Source: the human T2T-CHM13v2.0 reference genome, Homo sapiens. Taken from it: 64,000 nucleotides of DNA. Positions within the stretch are counted from its first letter, which is position 1; the number at the start of each line of letters is the position of its first letter. Shown here piece by piece: positions 40,161 through 54,804 of the stretch. The notes below the pieces were generated by a model that was not told where the DNA came from, searched no databases, and saw nothing but the letters and a program-made list of their open reading frames with translations. The stretch lies in the NCBI RefSeq assembly GCF_009914755.1, contig NC_060927.1. One strand, written 5' to 3'. A program made the translations under genes and the position numbers.

Positions 40161-41990
40161 TACCACCTTGATAGTCTTTGACACGATCCAGAAGTATTCT
40201 CTGTATTACCAGGCAGAGACTCTTGTTCTTTTTCCTTACTTTCTCCCAAACAAGCAAAATCTCCCTCTCTGTGTTTTGAGCCATCTGTAGCTGGGGATGG
40301 AGTGACACAAGCACCTCTGTGGTCACTAGGTCTGTGCTGGGTCAGACCTGAAGCTTCATGGCACTGAATGTCACCCAAGGACTACTATAACCACTCCCTG
40401 GCTACTGTGTATGTTTGCTCAAGGCCCTGGTGCTCTACAGTCAGCAGGTGGCAAAGCCAGCCAGGCCTGTGTCCTTCCCTTCAGGATGCCAAGTTTCCTT
40501 AGTCCCCAGGTGGGTCCAGAGGTGATGTCCAGGAGCCAGGAACTAGTAAAAAACTTTAGAAGTCTACTTGGTGTTCTATTGTGCTATGTAGTTGAGCTGT
40601 TACTGAAACCACAAGACAACATCCTTCCCCCTTTTCCCTCCCTTTTCCAAAGGCAGAGAAACCTCACCCTGTAGCCACTGCTGCCACAGGCCCACAGGCC
40701 CACAGGGAGTACTGCCAGACTACTGTTGATGTTCCCTTAAGTCTTAAGGGCTCCAGAGTCAGCGTGCAGTGAATCTTGCCTTGCCTGGGACTCACCCTTC
40801 AGGGCAGTGGCCTCCTCTCTGACCCAGGACAGCTCCAGAAATGCCATCCAAGAGCCAAGTCCTGGAATCGAGGTCCCCTAGAGGCTGCTTTGTTCCCTAC
40901 TGACCGGTGACCAAGCTGGTTCCTAAGGTGCAAGAGAAAGCCCCTTTTACTTTTCCCCTCCACTTTTCTCAAGCGGAAGTCTTGCCCTGTAGCAACCAGA
41001 GCTGGGAATGTTCTGTGTCTCACCTGAAGGCAGCAGGTCTCAGATTCTCACCCAAGGCCCTTGACATAGTACCTGGGTATCACTGGTGTTTATTCGTGGC
41101 CCGAGGGCTTTTCAGTTAGCAGGTGATCAATTTATTTTGGAGTGGGTCCTTCCCTTCAAGGCTGCGGGTTTTCTTCTGGCCTGGGTATGTTTAGTTTAGT
41201 AGGTTAGTAAGGTCTGAGAGTTAGGACCTGGAAAGGGGACCTTGTGATTGACTGGTGCCCTGTCTTGCTGTGATTGAGCTGTTATCCAGTATGCAAAACA
41301 AAGTCTTCCCACTCTTTCCTTTCCTTAAGCAGAAGGGAGGGGTCTTTTGGAGTTGCAAGCTGTGCAGCCTGGGGCTAGGGGAGGGGTGATGTCAGCACTC
41401 CCTTAGTTGCTTTGGCTCTTGTCCCATTAGGTGTCATGCACCTCTCCAGTCCACTGGCTCTGGGCCCAGTTCAGCACTCACATAGGAGTTTCAGTACTTG
41501 TGCCCTGGACTGCCTTTCAAGATTATTTAGGACCCCAGAGCATGTTCACAGTGGTGAGGCTTGTGGGAACTCACCTTCCAACCACTGGAATTGTTGATTC
41601 CCTTCTGGCTACAGCTGGTTTACAATGATCCCTTCGTTGGTGGGCATCAGCTGAGTTTCATCTGTGTTGTTTTTGTGCTATAACAGAATAGCACTGAATT
41701 CAGTGCGTTAGAATTGCTGCAAGTTCCCTCTCTTCAGTGCACAGGAACCCTCTCTGTACTACTGCTGGGGGATTGGGAAGGAGTGGTATTGGCGATTCAC
41801 GATTGTTTTTTATACCTCTTTAGTGCCTGTTTCAGCAGTATGAAGTTAAAACCAGGTACTATATGGGGGTCATCCGAATTTTAGTTCTCATAAAGGTGCT
41901 TTTTTGGAGTGGATACTTGTTAAATTGGTGTCCTTGTGTTGCGGGGAGAGGACAGTTGATGGAGCCTTGTATTCTGGCATCTTGCTTTGT
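40160..41990 (-). mobile_element. Old L1 5' region (L1M1-like), paralogous to 225-2080
   Basis: Colinear similarity with 225-2080, e.g. TxLVPKVQEKAxF translations in both. Confidence 0.72.
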
Positions 41991-42007
41991 CCTCCCTGTA
42001 TTGTCTC

Positions 42008-42058
42008 TCTTATTTTATTTTATTTTATTTTATTTTATTTTATTTTATTTTATTTATT
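42008..42058. repeat. (TTTTA)n simple repeat
   Basis: Seen directly. Confidence 0.92.
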
Positions 42059-44260
42059 TGGGTCTTTTTTTTCATGGTTAGTATAGGTAGTAGTTTGTCA
42101 GTTTTGTTTACCTTCTTTAAAAACCCAGTTTTTATTTTGTGGCTCTTTGTATTTTTTTCCTCAATTTTGTTTATTTCGGCTCTATAGTTTATTTTCTTAT
42201 GTTAACTTTAGGTTTGGTTTGTTCTTGCTCATCTAATTAATTACATTCATTCTTGTTGTTCATTTGAGGTTGTTCATTTGAGAGCTTTCTACTTTTTTTA
42301 TATTGACATTGATTTCTATAAACTTTCCTCTTAATACCACTTTTGCTGTATCCATAGGTTTTAGTATGTTGTGTTTCTATTTTCACTTGTTACAAGAAAT
42401 GTTTAAATTTTATTCTTCACTTTTTCATTGAGACATTGTTTATTCTGAAACATGTTGTTTAATTTGCATGTAACTGCAACTTTGAAAGTTTTTCTTGTTG
42501 TTGATATGTAGTTTTATTGTGGTCAGAAAAGATAGTTGATACGATTTCAGTTCTTTTAAGTTTGTTGAGACTTGTGTTGTGGCCTAACATACAGTCTATT
42601 CTGGAGAATGTTTCATGTGCTGATGATATGAATGTTTATTCTTCAGCTATTGGATGAAATGTTCTTTAATGTCTGTTTGGTCCATTTAATGTAATGTGTA
42701 GTTTAAATCCAATGTTTCTTTGTTGATTTTCTGTCCAGATGATCTGTCTAATGCCGATAGTAGGGTGTTGAAATCTCCAACACCAATTCATTCTTTAATT
42801 TTTGCTTTTCCCACAATGGGGAGACTTAACCAATGGGATCCCTCTTGGTGTCATTTTTGACATGGCCTACAAGCATTTGCAGTGGTGCTGGGTTCTAGGT
42901 GGATGTTATTGAAGTGGCTGTGGGACTAGTGTTCTAGCTTCTGGGTGTCATGGATGTATTGCAACACCTGGGTCTTGGGGTTTAGGTTTGCTGTCTGTGG
43001 CAGAGTTAGATATAGATTGCCCACACAGCCAAGATTTGTGAATTTGAGGCACCCCTTAGCAATGTGGGCCCAGAGTGCCAGGTTTTAGTTGTAATTCTAC
43101 TTGTGCATGGCAGGGCACAGCACTGGCTTGACTCCAGGGAAGAGGTGTTCTGGAGGTTTGGGCCTAGGAGCAGGATACAGCTGCAGTTTGGCATCCCCAA
43201 TCCAATAGAACTCAGGGGCAGGGCATGAAGCATCTTGTAGTAGTGACTCTAGACCATGAGATGGCGGGGCTTTGCAGTATCCCAGACTATGTGAGGTCAG
43301 GTACAGGGGCAGAATGTACCTGCCCCTGTAGAATGGTGAAGCACAGCTGTTGTTTGGTCCCTGGAGGGTGCAGGGAACAGTACAGCAATGACTCCCCTCC
43401 CCAGCGAGAGCAGTCTTTCAGCAGTGTATGCTCTAGGGGACGAGTTCACCTGCATGGAAGGCAGGATGCTAGTATTGTGTGGCCTGTAGGGCAAGGTGTC
43501 CAAGTTCAGACACCATTCTGTTTCTCTGGGATATGGGGTACTGCACCAACTCAGTCCTGGAATGCGCAGCTGCTCCACTTGCCAGGGCAGCAGTTTCCCA
43601 GGGGGTGATGTGCTGCTTCAGCTGAGGCCTGGGGAGAGTGACTGTTCTGGGTGACCCAGGTATCATTTTCCTGGAATGCAGGGAGGTGCTTCAGCTGAGG
43701 TACTGGGGTGTATAGCCACTCTGGATGGCCAAGGCACTATTTTGTTTCAGCTTAGTTACTGGGGAGGCATGACTGCTCTAGGTGACCAAGGTACCGTGTT
43801 TTCAAGATGAGGGTACTACCTCAGCTCTGGCCCATAGCAGTAGGGGGAAGGTTAGGTAGAGTCGCCCCATCTTTGCTTGTTTCTATGGGGAGGGGTCTAA
43901 CAGTTGCTCTCAACTTAGCTTGGGGATATCCAGCCATAGATTTGGGATGGTTCTGTGATGCCTCAGCCACAGCGATGAAGGAATGCCATGTCTGCTCGCC
44001 CCCAGAGCAAGATACACTCCAGCCATAGTTCCACTTCCAAAATGGAGACATGCGATAGCCATGTGGGCCATAGGGGATGGGACATGGTGTCGGCTCCTTC
44101 TCTGGGGAAAGCACAGCTATGTGGACTCCAGGCAGCTCCCTCAGCTGGGTTTAAGTTCCTATGAGGACTGCATTGGCCTGAGTGTTGAGGCCTTCAACTG
44201 TCCAGGGTGTTAATGTGTGTTCCTGGGATCCTTTAGCTTAACTCCTTACTGTTGGGATAA

Positions 44261-44367
44261 GTCGCTCTGTCGCCCAGGCTGGAGTGCAGTGGCACAATCT
44301 CACTCTGTTACCCAGGCTGGAGTGTAGTGGCGCAATCTTGGCTCACTGCAAGCTCCGCCTCCTGGTT
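44261..44367 (-). mobile_element. Isolated internal Alu fragment with tandem 38-bp duplication; no tail and no TSD
   Basis: Reverse complement matches 44708-44814 of the neighbouring Alu. Confidence 0.88.
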
Positions 44368-44514
44368 TCCAGCTGAGCCCAGTTGGGAGATGGGCCCGAT
44401 GCTTCCTTCCATTCTCTACATGGCCAACTTTCTCTTCTCACCAGAGTTTGTATTGCTCCTTTGATGCACTCTGGCACTCTCCCTCAGTTATTTTTGTTAA
44501 AATGTAGTTGTCTT

Positions 44515-44852
<338 letters not shown>

Positions 44853-47163
44853 TTATAATTGTTTTGGCTCCCTTTGTGAGGGGGACAAGTGCTAGGGGCT
44901 TCTAATTGTACATCTTGCTTGGTAATCATTTCAAAATACATATTTTAAGAAAGTAAGAAAGACCTATGGAATGTAATAATGTTGAAATATTAGAGGAAAG
45001 ACACGGATGTTCCAATTACTTGTCATAGTAATGATGTATTATTTTTATTATACTATTGCCTTTGATTTTCTAGATTTTTGCTTCTGTATTTATATGTGTG
45101 ATTGGTCTATGATTTTCTTTTCTTGTCATATCCTTTACTAATTTGGGTCTAAATATTATTCTAGCTTCATAGCATGAATTGAATAACCTTCACATGATTT
45201 CTAGACTGAGAAAGTTAATGTATAGATTAACCATTCTTTAAAGGTTTGATAAAACTTGACTTTTAAAATGTCTGGGCCTGCTATCTTTAGATAATGGGTT
45301 GGGTAGTAGGGTGGGTAGGGGAGAAAAACTTGATTACTTGGTTAATTCAGTTGCTTTAATGGTTTTTTTTATTTATCCAGGTGTCCTATTTCTTCTTGAG
45401 TAAATTTTAGTACTTTATATTTTCCTGGAAATGTTTGCATCCATATTATTTTTTAGATTTATTACTATAAGCTTATCATTGTATTTTTAAGGATATTTTA
45501 AATTTTCAGCTCTAATAGATGATTATGCTCACCCCTTTTACTCTAATACTGTTTTTGTGTTTTTTAAAATTTTTCTTCACATCAACTTTTTTGGAAGTTT
45601 TTCTGCTTTGACTTTATAAAGAACCAGTGTTTTTATTTTGCATATTCTTAATATTGTTTGTTTTCTATCTCATTAATTTTTTTCAGTTGTCATGAATGAT
45701 AGTTTGTATTTTGTATTTTTACGTAACTCTGAAGTTTTGTTTTTATTTTTATTATACTTTAAGTTCTAGGATTCATGTGCATAACGTGCAGCTTTGTTAC
45801 ATATGTATACATGTGACATGTTGGTGTGCTGCATCCATTAACTCATCATTTACATTAGGTATATCTCCTAATGCTATCCCTTCTCCCTCCCCCAACCCCA
45901 TGACAGGCCCCGGTGTGTGATGTTCCCCACCCTGTGTCCAGGTGTTCTCATTGTTCAGTTCTCACCTGTGAGTGAGAACATACAGTGTTTGGTTTTCTGT
46001 CCTTATGATAGTTTGCTGAGAATGATGGTTTCCAGCTTCATCCATGTCCCTACAAAGGACATGAACTCATCCTTTTTTATGGCTGTGTAGTATTCCATGG
46101 TGTATGTGTGCCACATTTTCTTAATCCAGTCTATCATTGATGGACATTTGGGTTGGTTCCAAGTCTTTGCTATTGTGAATAGTGCCACAATAAACATACG
46201 TGTGCATGTGTCTTTATAGTAGCATGCTTTATAATCCGTTGGATATATACCCAGTAATGGGATGCCTGGGTCAAATGGTATTTCTAGTTCTAGATCCTTG
46301 AGGAATCGCCACACTGTCTTCCATAATGGTTGAATTAGTTTACAGTCCCACCAACAGTGTAAGAGTGTTCCTATTTCTCCACATCCTCTCCAGCACCTGT
46401 TGTTTCCTGACTTTTTAATGATTGCCATTTTAACTGGTGTGAGATAGTATCTCATTGTGGTTTTGATTTGCATTTCTCTGATGGCCAGTGATAATGAGCC
46501 TTTTTTCATGTGTCTGTTGACTGCATAAATGTCTTCTTTTGAGAAGTGTCTGTTTATATCCTTTGCCCACTTTTTGATGGGGTTGTTTGATTTTTTCTTG
46601 TAAATTTGTTTAAGTTCTTTGTAGATTCTGGATATTAGTGATTTGTCAGATGGGTAGATTGTAGAAATTTTCTCCCATTCTGTAGATTGCCTGTTCACTC
46701 TGATGGTAGTTTCTTTTGCTGTGTAGAAGCTCTTTAGTTTAATTAGATCCCATTTGTCTATTTTGGCTTTTATTGCCATTGCTTTTGGTGTTTTAGTCAT
46801 GAAGTCCTTGCCCATGCCTACGACCTGAATGGTATTGCCTAGGTTTTCTTCTAGGGTTTTTATGGTTTTAGGTCTAACATTTAAGTCTTTAATCCTTCTT
46901 GAATTAATTTTCGTATAAGGTGTAAGGAAGGGATCCAGTTTCAGCTTTCTATGTATAGCTAGCCAGTTTTCCTAGCACCATTTATTAAATAGGGAATCCT
47001 TTCCCTATTTCTTGTTTTTGTCAGGTTTGTCAAGGATCAGATGGTTGTAGATGTGTGGTATTATTTCTGAGGGCTCTGTTCTGTTCCATTGGTCTATATC
47101 TCTGTTTGGTACCAGTACCATGCTGTTTTGGTTACTGCAGCCTTGTAGTATAGTTTGAAGTCA

Positions 47164-47508
<345 letters not shown>

Positions 47509-47515
47509 TCACTCA

Positions 47516-47650
<135 letters not shown>

Positions 47651-47707
47651 CTATACAATCATGTCATCTGCAGACAGGGACAATTTGACTTCCTCTTTTC
47701 CTAATTA

Positions 47708-47866
<159 letters not shown>

Positions 47867-49749
47867 TCATAAATAGCTCTTATTATTTTGAGATACATCC
47901 AATGAATACCTAGTTTATTGAGAGTTTTTAGCATGAAGGGCTGTTGAATTTTGTCAAAGGCCTTTTCTGCATCTATTGAGATAGTCATGTGGTTTTTGTC
48001 TTTGGTTCTGTTTATATGATGGATTATGTTTATTGATTTGCATATGTTGAACCAGCCTTGCATCCCAGGGATGAACAACTTGATCATTGTGGATAAGCTT
48101 TTTGATGTGCTGCTGGATTCGGTTTGCCAGTATTTTATTGAGGATTTTTGCATCGATTTTCATCAGGGATATTGGTGTAAAATTTTCTTTTTTTGTTGTG
48201 CCTCTGCTAGGCTTTGGTATCAGGATGATGCTGGCCTCATAAAATGAATTAGAGAGGATTCCATCTTTTTCTGTTGAGTGGAATAGTTTCAGAAGGAATG
48301 GTACCAGCTCCTCTTTGTACCCCTGGTCGAATTTGGCTGTGAATCCGTCTGGTCCTGGACTTTTTTTGGTTGGTAGTCTATTAATTATTGTCTCAATTTC
48401 AGAGCCTATTATTGGTCTATTCAGGGATTCACCTTCTTCCTGGTTTAGTCTTGGGAGGGTGTATGTGTCTAGGAATTTATCCATTTCTTCTAGATTTTCT
48501 AGTTTATTTGTGTAGAGGTGTTTATAGTATTCTCTGATGGTAGTTTGTATTTCTGTGGGATTGGTGGTGTTATCCCCTTTATCATTTTTTATTGCATCTA
48601 TTTGATTCTTCTCTCTTTTCTTCTTTATTAGTCTTGCTAACGGTCTGTCAATTTTGTTGATCTTTTCAGAAAACCAGCTCCTGTATTTATTGATTTTTTG
48701 AAGGGTTTTTTGTGTGTCTATCTCCTTCAGTTCTGCTCTGATCTTAGTTATTTCTTGCCTTCTGCTAGCTTTTGAATGTGTTTGCTCTTGCTTCTCTAGT
48801 TCTTTTAATTGTGATGTTAGGGTGTCAATTTTAGATCTTTCCTGCTTTCTCTTGTGGGCATTTAGTGCTATAAATTTCCCTCTACACACTGCTTTGAATG
48901 TGTCCCAGAGATTCTGGTATGTTATGTCTTTGTTCTCATTGGTTTCAAAGAACATCTTTATTTCTGCCTTTATTTTGTTATGTACCCAGTAGTCATTCAG
49001 GAGCAGGTTGTTCAGTTTTCATGTAGTTGAGCAGTTTAGAGTGAGTTTCTTAATCTTGAGTTCTAGTTTGATTGCACTGTGGTCTGAGAGACAGTTTGTT
49101 ACAATTTCTGTTCTTTTACGTTTGCCTGAGGAGTGCTTTACTTCCAGTTATGTGGTCAGTTTTGGAATAAGTGTGATAAGTGATCTTTTCACACAGTCCC
49201 ATATTTATTGGAGGCTTTGTTCATTTCTTTTTACTCTTTTTTCTCTAACTTCTCTTCTGCTTCATTTCATTCAGTTGATCTTCAGTCACTGATACCCTTT
49301 CTTCCACTTGATCAAATTGGCTGCTGAAGCTTGTGCATGTGTCACGTAGTTCTTGTGGCGTGGTTTTCAGCTCCATCAGGTTATTTAAGGTCTTCTCTAT
49401 GCTGTTTATTCTAGTTAGCCATTCGTCTAATCTTTTTTCAAGGTTTTTAGCTTCTTTGCGATGCGTTTGAACATCCTCCTTTAGCTCGAAGAAGTTTGTT
49501 ATTACTGATCGTCTCAAACCTTCTTCTCTCAACTCGTCAAAGTCATTCTCCATCCAGCTTTGTTCCGTTGCTAGCGAGGAGCTGCATTCCTTTGGTGGAG
49601 AAGAGGTGCTCTGATTTTTAGAATTTTCAGCTTTTCTGCTCTGGTTTCTTCCCATCTTGGTGGTTTTATCTGCCTTGGTCTTTGATGATGGTGACATACA
49701 GCTGGAGTTTTGGTGTGGATGTCCTTTCTGTTTGTTAGTTTTCCTTCCA

Positions 49750-50657
49750 GCAGTCAGGACCCTCAGCTGCAGGTCTGTTGGAGTTTGCTGGAGGTCCACT
49801 CCAGACCCTGTTTGCCTGGGTATCACCAGCGGAGGCTGCAGAACAGCAAATATTGCAGAACGGCAAATGTTGCTGCCCAATCCTTCCTCTGGAAGCTTCA
49901 TCTCAGAGGGGCACCTGGCTGTATTCGGTGTCAGTCAGCCCTTACTGGGAGGTATCTCCCAGTTAGGCTACTCAGCGGTAAAGGACCCACTTGAGGAGGC
50001 AGTCTGTCCATTTTCAGGTCTCAAACTCTGTGCTGGGAGAACCACTTCTCTCTTCAAAGCTGTCAGACAGGGACGTTTAAGTCTGCAGAAGTTTCTGCTG
50101 CCTTTTGTTCAGGTATGCCTTTCCCGCAGAGGTGGAGTCTACAGAGGCAGGCAGGCCTCCTTGAGCTGCCATGGGCTCTACCCAGTTCAAGCTTCCTGGC
50201 CACTTTGTTCATCTACTCAAGCCTCAGCAATGGCAGACGCCCCTCCCCTGGCCTCACTGCCTCCTTGCAGTTTGATCTCAGACTGCTGTGCTAGCAGTGA
50301 TCGAGGCTCCGTGGGTGTAGGACCCCCTGAGCCAGGCATGGGATATAATCTCCTGGTGTGCTGTTTGCCAAGACTGTTGGAAAAGCATTGTATTAGGGTG
50401 GGAGTGTCCAATTTTCCAGTTACTGTCTGTCATGGCTTCCCTTGGCCAGGAAAGGGAATTCCCCGACCCCTTGCGCTTCCCACGTGAGGCAATGCCCCGC
50501 CCTGCTTCGTGGGCTGCACCCACTGTCTGACAAGCCCCAGTGAGATGAACCCGGTACCTCAATTGGAAATGCAGAAATCACCTGTCTTCTGCGTTGCTCA
50601 CGCTGGGAGCTGTAGACTGGAGCTGTTCCTTTTTGGCCATCTTGGAACCTCCTCCAC
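49750..50657. promoter_or_regulatory. L1 5'UTR with sense promoter (minus strand) and antisense-promoter region pointing in the DOCK3 direction
   Basis: Complete 5'UTR including the YY1-type caagatggcc motif. CpG-depleted, so activity is uncertain. Confidence 0.5.
50230..50487 (+). CDS. L1 ORF0 homolog (antisense 5'UTR ORF), 85 aa, open; expression unknown
   Basis: gcaATGG start. MADAPPLASLPPCSLISDCCASSDRGSVGVGPPEPGMGYNLLV... resembles L1 ORF0 (MAGAPPPASLPPCSLISDCCASNQRDSVGVGPSEPG...). It is the C-terminal part of track ORF 49657..50487. Confidence 0.6.
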   Translation: MADAPPLASLPPCSLISDCCASSDRGSVGVGPPEPGMGYNLLVCCLPRLLEKHCIRVGVSNFPVTVCHGFPWPGKGIPRPLALPT

Positions 50658-50737
50658 CTCTGAAGTTTTGTACTTTTGTTTTTTGTTCTTGTCAATTCTA
50701 AGGTTTATGCACTTAGCCAGTTTATTTTTAGTCTTTT

Positions 50738-51341
50738 TTTTTTTTTTTAATTTTTTTCTCTCCATAGGTTGTTGGGAACAGGTGGGGTTTGGTTACATAA
50801 GAAAGTTCTCTAGTGGTGATTTGTGAGATTTTGGTGTACCCATCACCCAAGCAGTATACACTGCACCCAATTTGTTGTGTTTTTATGCCTCTCCCGCTTC
50901 CCACCTTTTCCCCGAGTCCCCAAAGTCCATTGTATCATTCTTAAGCCTTTTCATCCTCATAGCTTAGTCCCACTTATGAATGAGAACATACTATTCTTGG
51001 TTTTCCATTTCTGAGTTACTTCACTTAGAATAATAGACTTCAGTCTCATCCAGGTTGCTGTGAATGCCATCAATTCATTCTTTTTTATGTCTGAGTAGTC
51101 TTCCATCATATATATATACACCACAGTTTCTTTATCCAGTTGTTGATTGATGGGCATGTAGGTTGGTTCCACATTTTTGCAATTGCAAATTGTGCTCCTA
51201 TAGACATGTGTGTGCAAGCATCTTTTTTTGTATAATGACTTCTTTTCCTCTGCATAGATTCCCAGTAGTGGGATTGGTGGATCAATGGTAGTTCTACTTT
51301 TAGTTCTTTAAGGACACTCCACGCTATTTTCCATAGTGGTT
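50738..51341 (-). mobile_element. L1PB-type 3' end
   Basis: ccataggttgttgggaacaggtgg...gtggtgatttgtgagattttggtg. TSD tttatttttagtctttt at 50721-50737 and 51342-51358. Confidence 0.85.
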
Positions 51342-52199
51342 TTTATTTTTAGTCTTTTGTCATGCAAGAATTGAATATTATGGAATTCCCTCTATATAAT
51401 GCCTTAGCTGCATTCCACAATATTTAATACTTAGTATAAATTTACTAATTGATAATCTCACGAATATTCTCCTTTAGTTTTATAATGTTTCTCTTTTGCT
51501 CTTCTCTAAATTGTAGATTTTAGTGTAAAGCTAAACCTTATCACTACCTTTTTAAAAATAGGTGGGGAAACAATCACTGGGGAATGGAGGAGGGGAAAAG
51601 TCAATGAAGTTAAATTTATAAATATATACATGACATAGCAAGGAATAATATATTATGGACATTACAGACATGTTTCTCTACCTGGTCACAGAAATTAATT
51701 TGTGTTAATGATTTCCTTACTTTACCTCCCATTTTATAATTTCTTTGCCTTAGCCAGGTACTACTTAGCTGTGGTATTTGAGCCCTTGATGGTTTACTGT
51801 GCAGAGGGATGCTGTAGTCTTCCACTAATTTTTACCACAGAGCATGATAGTATTATGATATTCCCTGGGGATCTTTTGGGTTCCATTCATGCTTCTTCCT
51901 ACTCTGTTGTATAGCACCAAAAGTACTTCTGTTGAAGACTTGTAAAAATCATGCCAACCAATGCCAAAACTGCTGCTGTTTTTGTTTGTTTGTTTGTTTG
52001 TTTGTTCAGTGGCAGGGGTAACCTGAACCTGAAATGGCCTCATGGGAATCTCAGCTTCAATATAATTGAATCATATTGTTATCTGTGTATGCATGTTTCC
52101 CTTGAATTCTAAATTAGCAGAGCCAGAGTCCTCAAAGATAGAAAGCAAAAAATTTGCAAGTGAGTCATTAGGTGTGAGAATGAGAAGTTGTCTTTTACA

Positions 52200-53350
52200 T
52201 TTCTACTTCATGTTTCTGGACCCATGTATTGTGGTTATGGGAGAAACATAACTTTATATTAGTTACTGGTTCAGAATAATTGTCGCAATTTGTGGATTGC
52301 CCCATCATTAAAAAAGCTAGCATAACAAAGTCTTCTATAGTCTTGTCTATTGTTCTATACAGTCTGTTGCTCTGGATGATGAAGTAATTAGTAAGATCAG
52401 TTAATCTGTGAGTGTCAGCTCCTTATCTTCCTTCTTTGTGTTTAAAATGAGTTCCTTGCTCATATTCCAGTTTTATATGCAACAGTGTTATGGCAAATAG
52501 GGTATTGAATAGTCTACTGAAGGTTATGTTTCCAGAAATGAAGCAGCCAGGGAAAGTAAGTCCAAATCTCATCCTCTTTGTCATGAATGGGGTCAAAAGT
52601 ATGAACTTGCCTGTAGGCAGTTGGCTAATCCACTTGGAATATGTGTACCACATCCAAGTCTCAGGGTTGCCCACTGCTACCGGTCAGTTCTGATTCAGCA
52701 GTTGTGGTGTCAGATCAGCCTTGGTGAGGGAAAGTTCATGGAGTTGAGCTCCTCTATAGCTGCTATTTCTTTCACAGCATTCTTTTCAGGATGGCTGGGA
52801 AAGTAAACAGATTGAATTTACAGGACACTGGGGACAATTATGCGGGTGGTGTATGGTCTAAGGAAAATGGGCTTCTCTTTGCAAGATAATTCACTCAGGT
52901 GATGTAGTCTCACAGTATGTAAGCAAGGCAAGGATACCCTCATCAGCCCAGAAGGAGGGACTTTTTCTGATGCCAAAAGGAGGTTTACTAGGGGTGGAGC
53001 TCAGACTTTCCTAAGTTATCCCATGTCTTTATTCTATCTCCATTCTGATTCACAGGTTACTTTATTTTTATGTCACTACCCTGCCTTTTATCTTAATCTT
53101 AATGAAAAGGCCATGAATTCAACTGATCTTGTAATTCAGCAATCCTTAGGATCAAAACTTGAGTTTGATTTTTGGCTATATGAGTGATGAAGCTGAAAGA
53201 GAAAATGAACTCTTGCATGAGCATCAAAAAAGTGAGCATTAAGCTTTTTGCAGTCCTGGTTTCCTGATTAGATATTATTCTTGCAAGTAGTATTTTATGT
53301 ATATCAGATTGTCTCATCCATCTGTCAAAGTCAAATAAATCACAAATCTC
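52200..53350 (-). mobile_element. Ancient ERVL/MaLR internal fragment
   Basis: Minus-strand IAKNQTQVLILRIAELQDQLNS resembles the ERVL gag coiled region. Confidence 0.55.
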
Positions 53351-53373
53351 TAGACAAAGCATTTTATTTGGAA

Positions 53374-53545
53374 GGCCAGGCATATTGGCACATACCTGTA
53401 GTCTTGGGTCCTCGGGAGGCTGAGGCAGGAGGATTGCTTGAGCCAAGGAGTTTGAGGCCATAGTGCACTATGATCATGCCTGTGAATAGGCACTGCTCTC
53501 CAGACTGGGAAACATAGCAAGACTCTGCCTCCTTAAAAAAAAAAA
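53374..53545 (+). mobile_element. FAM-like fossil Alu monomer
   Basis: Monomer retaining the 7SL-like gcctgtgaatag.cactgc segment, with an A tail. Confidence 0.8.
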
Positions 53546-54215
53546 GTTTTATTTAGGAAAGCAGAATGGCCATTCAGGGCATACACACAGACAGGGTAGT
53601 CTTCTTTGTGTCCGAAGAAGAAACAGAAGGTTGGGGTTTTATTAGAGAAATGTTACATATTGTTTTGAAAGAAAACTTACTAACACTAGTGAAGTTTTTG
53701 GGAGCTGGCAAGCTCTGATTGGTTGGGTGAGTGATGGCGGTAGGTAAAACTGTTCTTAAAGTCATGGCAGTTCATTTCAGCAGCTACTAGGTAAAACTAG
53801 TCTTTTTTTTTTTTTTTTTTTTTTGAGACAGAGTCTCACTCTGTCGCCCAGGCTGGAGTGCAAATGACACAATCTTGGCTTACTGCTACCTCTGCCTCCT
53901 GGGTTCAAGTGATTCTCCTGCCTCAGCCTCCTGAGTAGCTGGGATTACAAGGCACGCACCACCAAGCCTGGCTAACTTTTGTATTTTTAGTAGAGATAGG
54001 GTTTTACCATGTCGGCCAGGCTGGTATCAAACTCCTGACCTCAAGTGCTCCACCCACCTTGGCCTCCCAAAGTTATAGCAGGCCATTTTGGCAGCTGGCT
54101 TGTGATATAACCCTTGGACAGGTGCTTTGTGCCCGAGTGCTTCTCTCCTCCCCTGATGCAGTCTCTTGACATTAATTTAGTTGGGTATGCCAAGATAATT
54201 CCAATTCATGTAACC
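53546..54215. mobile_element. ERV1-class LTR-like sequence interrupted by an Alu
   Basis: LTR-like motifs (gctctgattggttgg; repeated taggtaaaact). Family not determined. Confidence 0.45.
53803..54072 (-). mobile_element. AluS SINE (slightly 5'-truncated)
   Basis: Poly-T, then gagacagagtctcactctgtcgcccagg...ggcctcccaaag. Confidence 0.92.
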
Positions 54216-54804
54216 AATTTTTATATATCCATTCTACATCTGCTAGATTTGTTAACTCTTAGTTAAAGGGAGAATCAGTAGATCAACAGTACCTGGAAGA
54301 TTTCTTGCTTTTGAGCATACAGGCCAAGGGTTTTTTAAAAAAGTTTGCCTATTAATTTGTTCATTCGTTTGTTCATCCATTTATTTAATTCATTCTATGA
54401 CCTCATTCTTGGTCTATTTACCAAAGCTTTTCTCAAACTCAGTCTCATGCTTTTCTCTAGGATGGAGACAATATTAGACTGTGCTTCTAGTTATGCATAT
54501 TTTATTTATAAGTGTTACAGGAACCTTGACATTATCATAACCAGAGAGGGTTAGAGATCTGGGGCTTCAGTTAGATGAAAGTGGGACTTGAAAGGGAATT
54601 AGCATGGGTGCCCACTATAGCAAGATGGTGAGAGTTGTTGAGAGTCAGCTGCTAAGGAACAGTAGGAAAGATGTGAGCACGTTATGGACTGTTGGGTGGA
54701 GTTGGTACAGCATTAGACAGCTGAGAAGAAGAAGGAGAAACTCAGTGTCCTAAATTGTCACATTATGGCATGGAATGAAAAACAAGTACATTCTGGGGTT
54801 ATAG

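Noticed and set aside
49657-50229. N-terminal 191 aa of the 276-aa antisense ORF as a real protein
   Set aside because: Non-ATG start, and similar antisense frames recur in A and C as a by-product of L1 sequence. Only the ATG-initiated ORF0 part has precedent.
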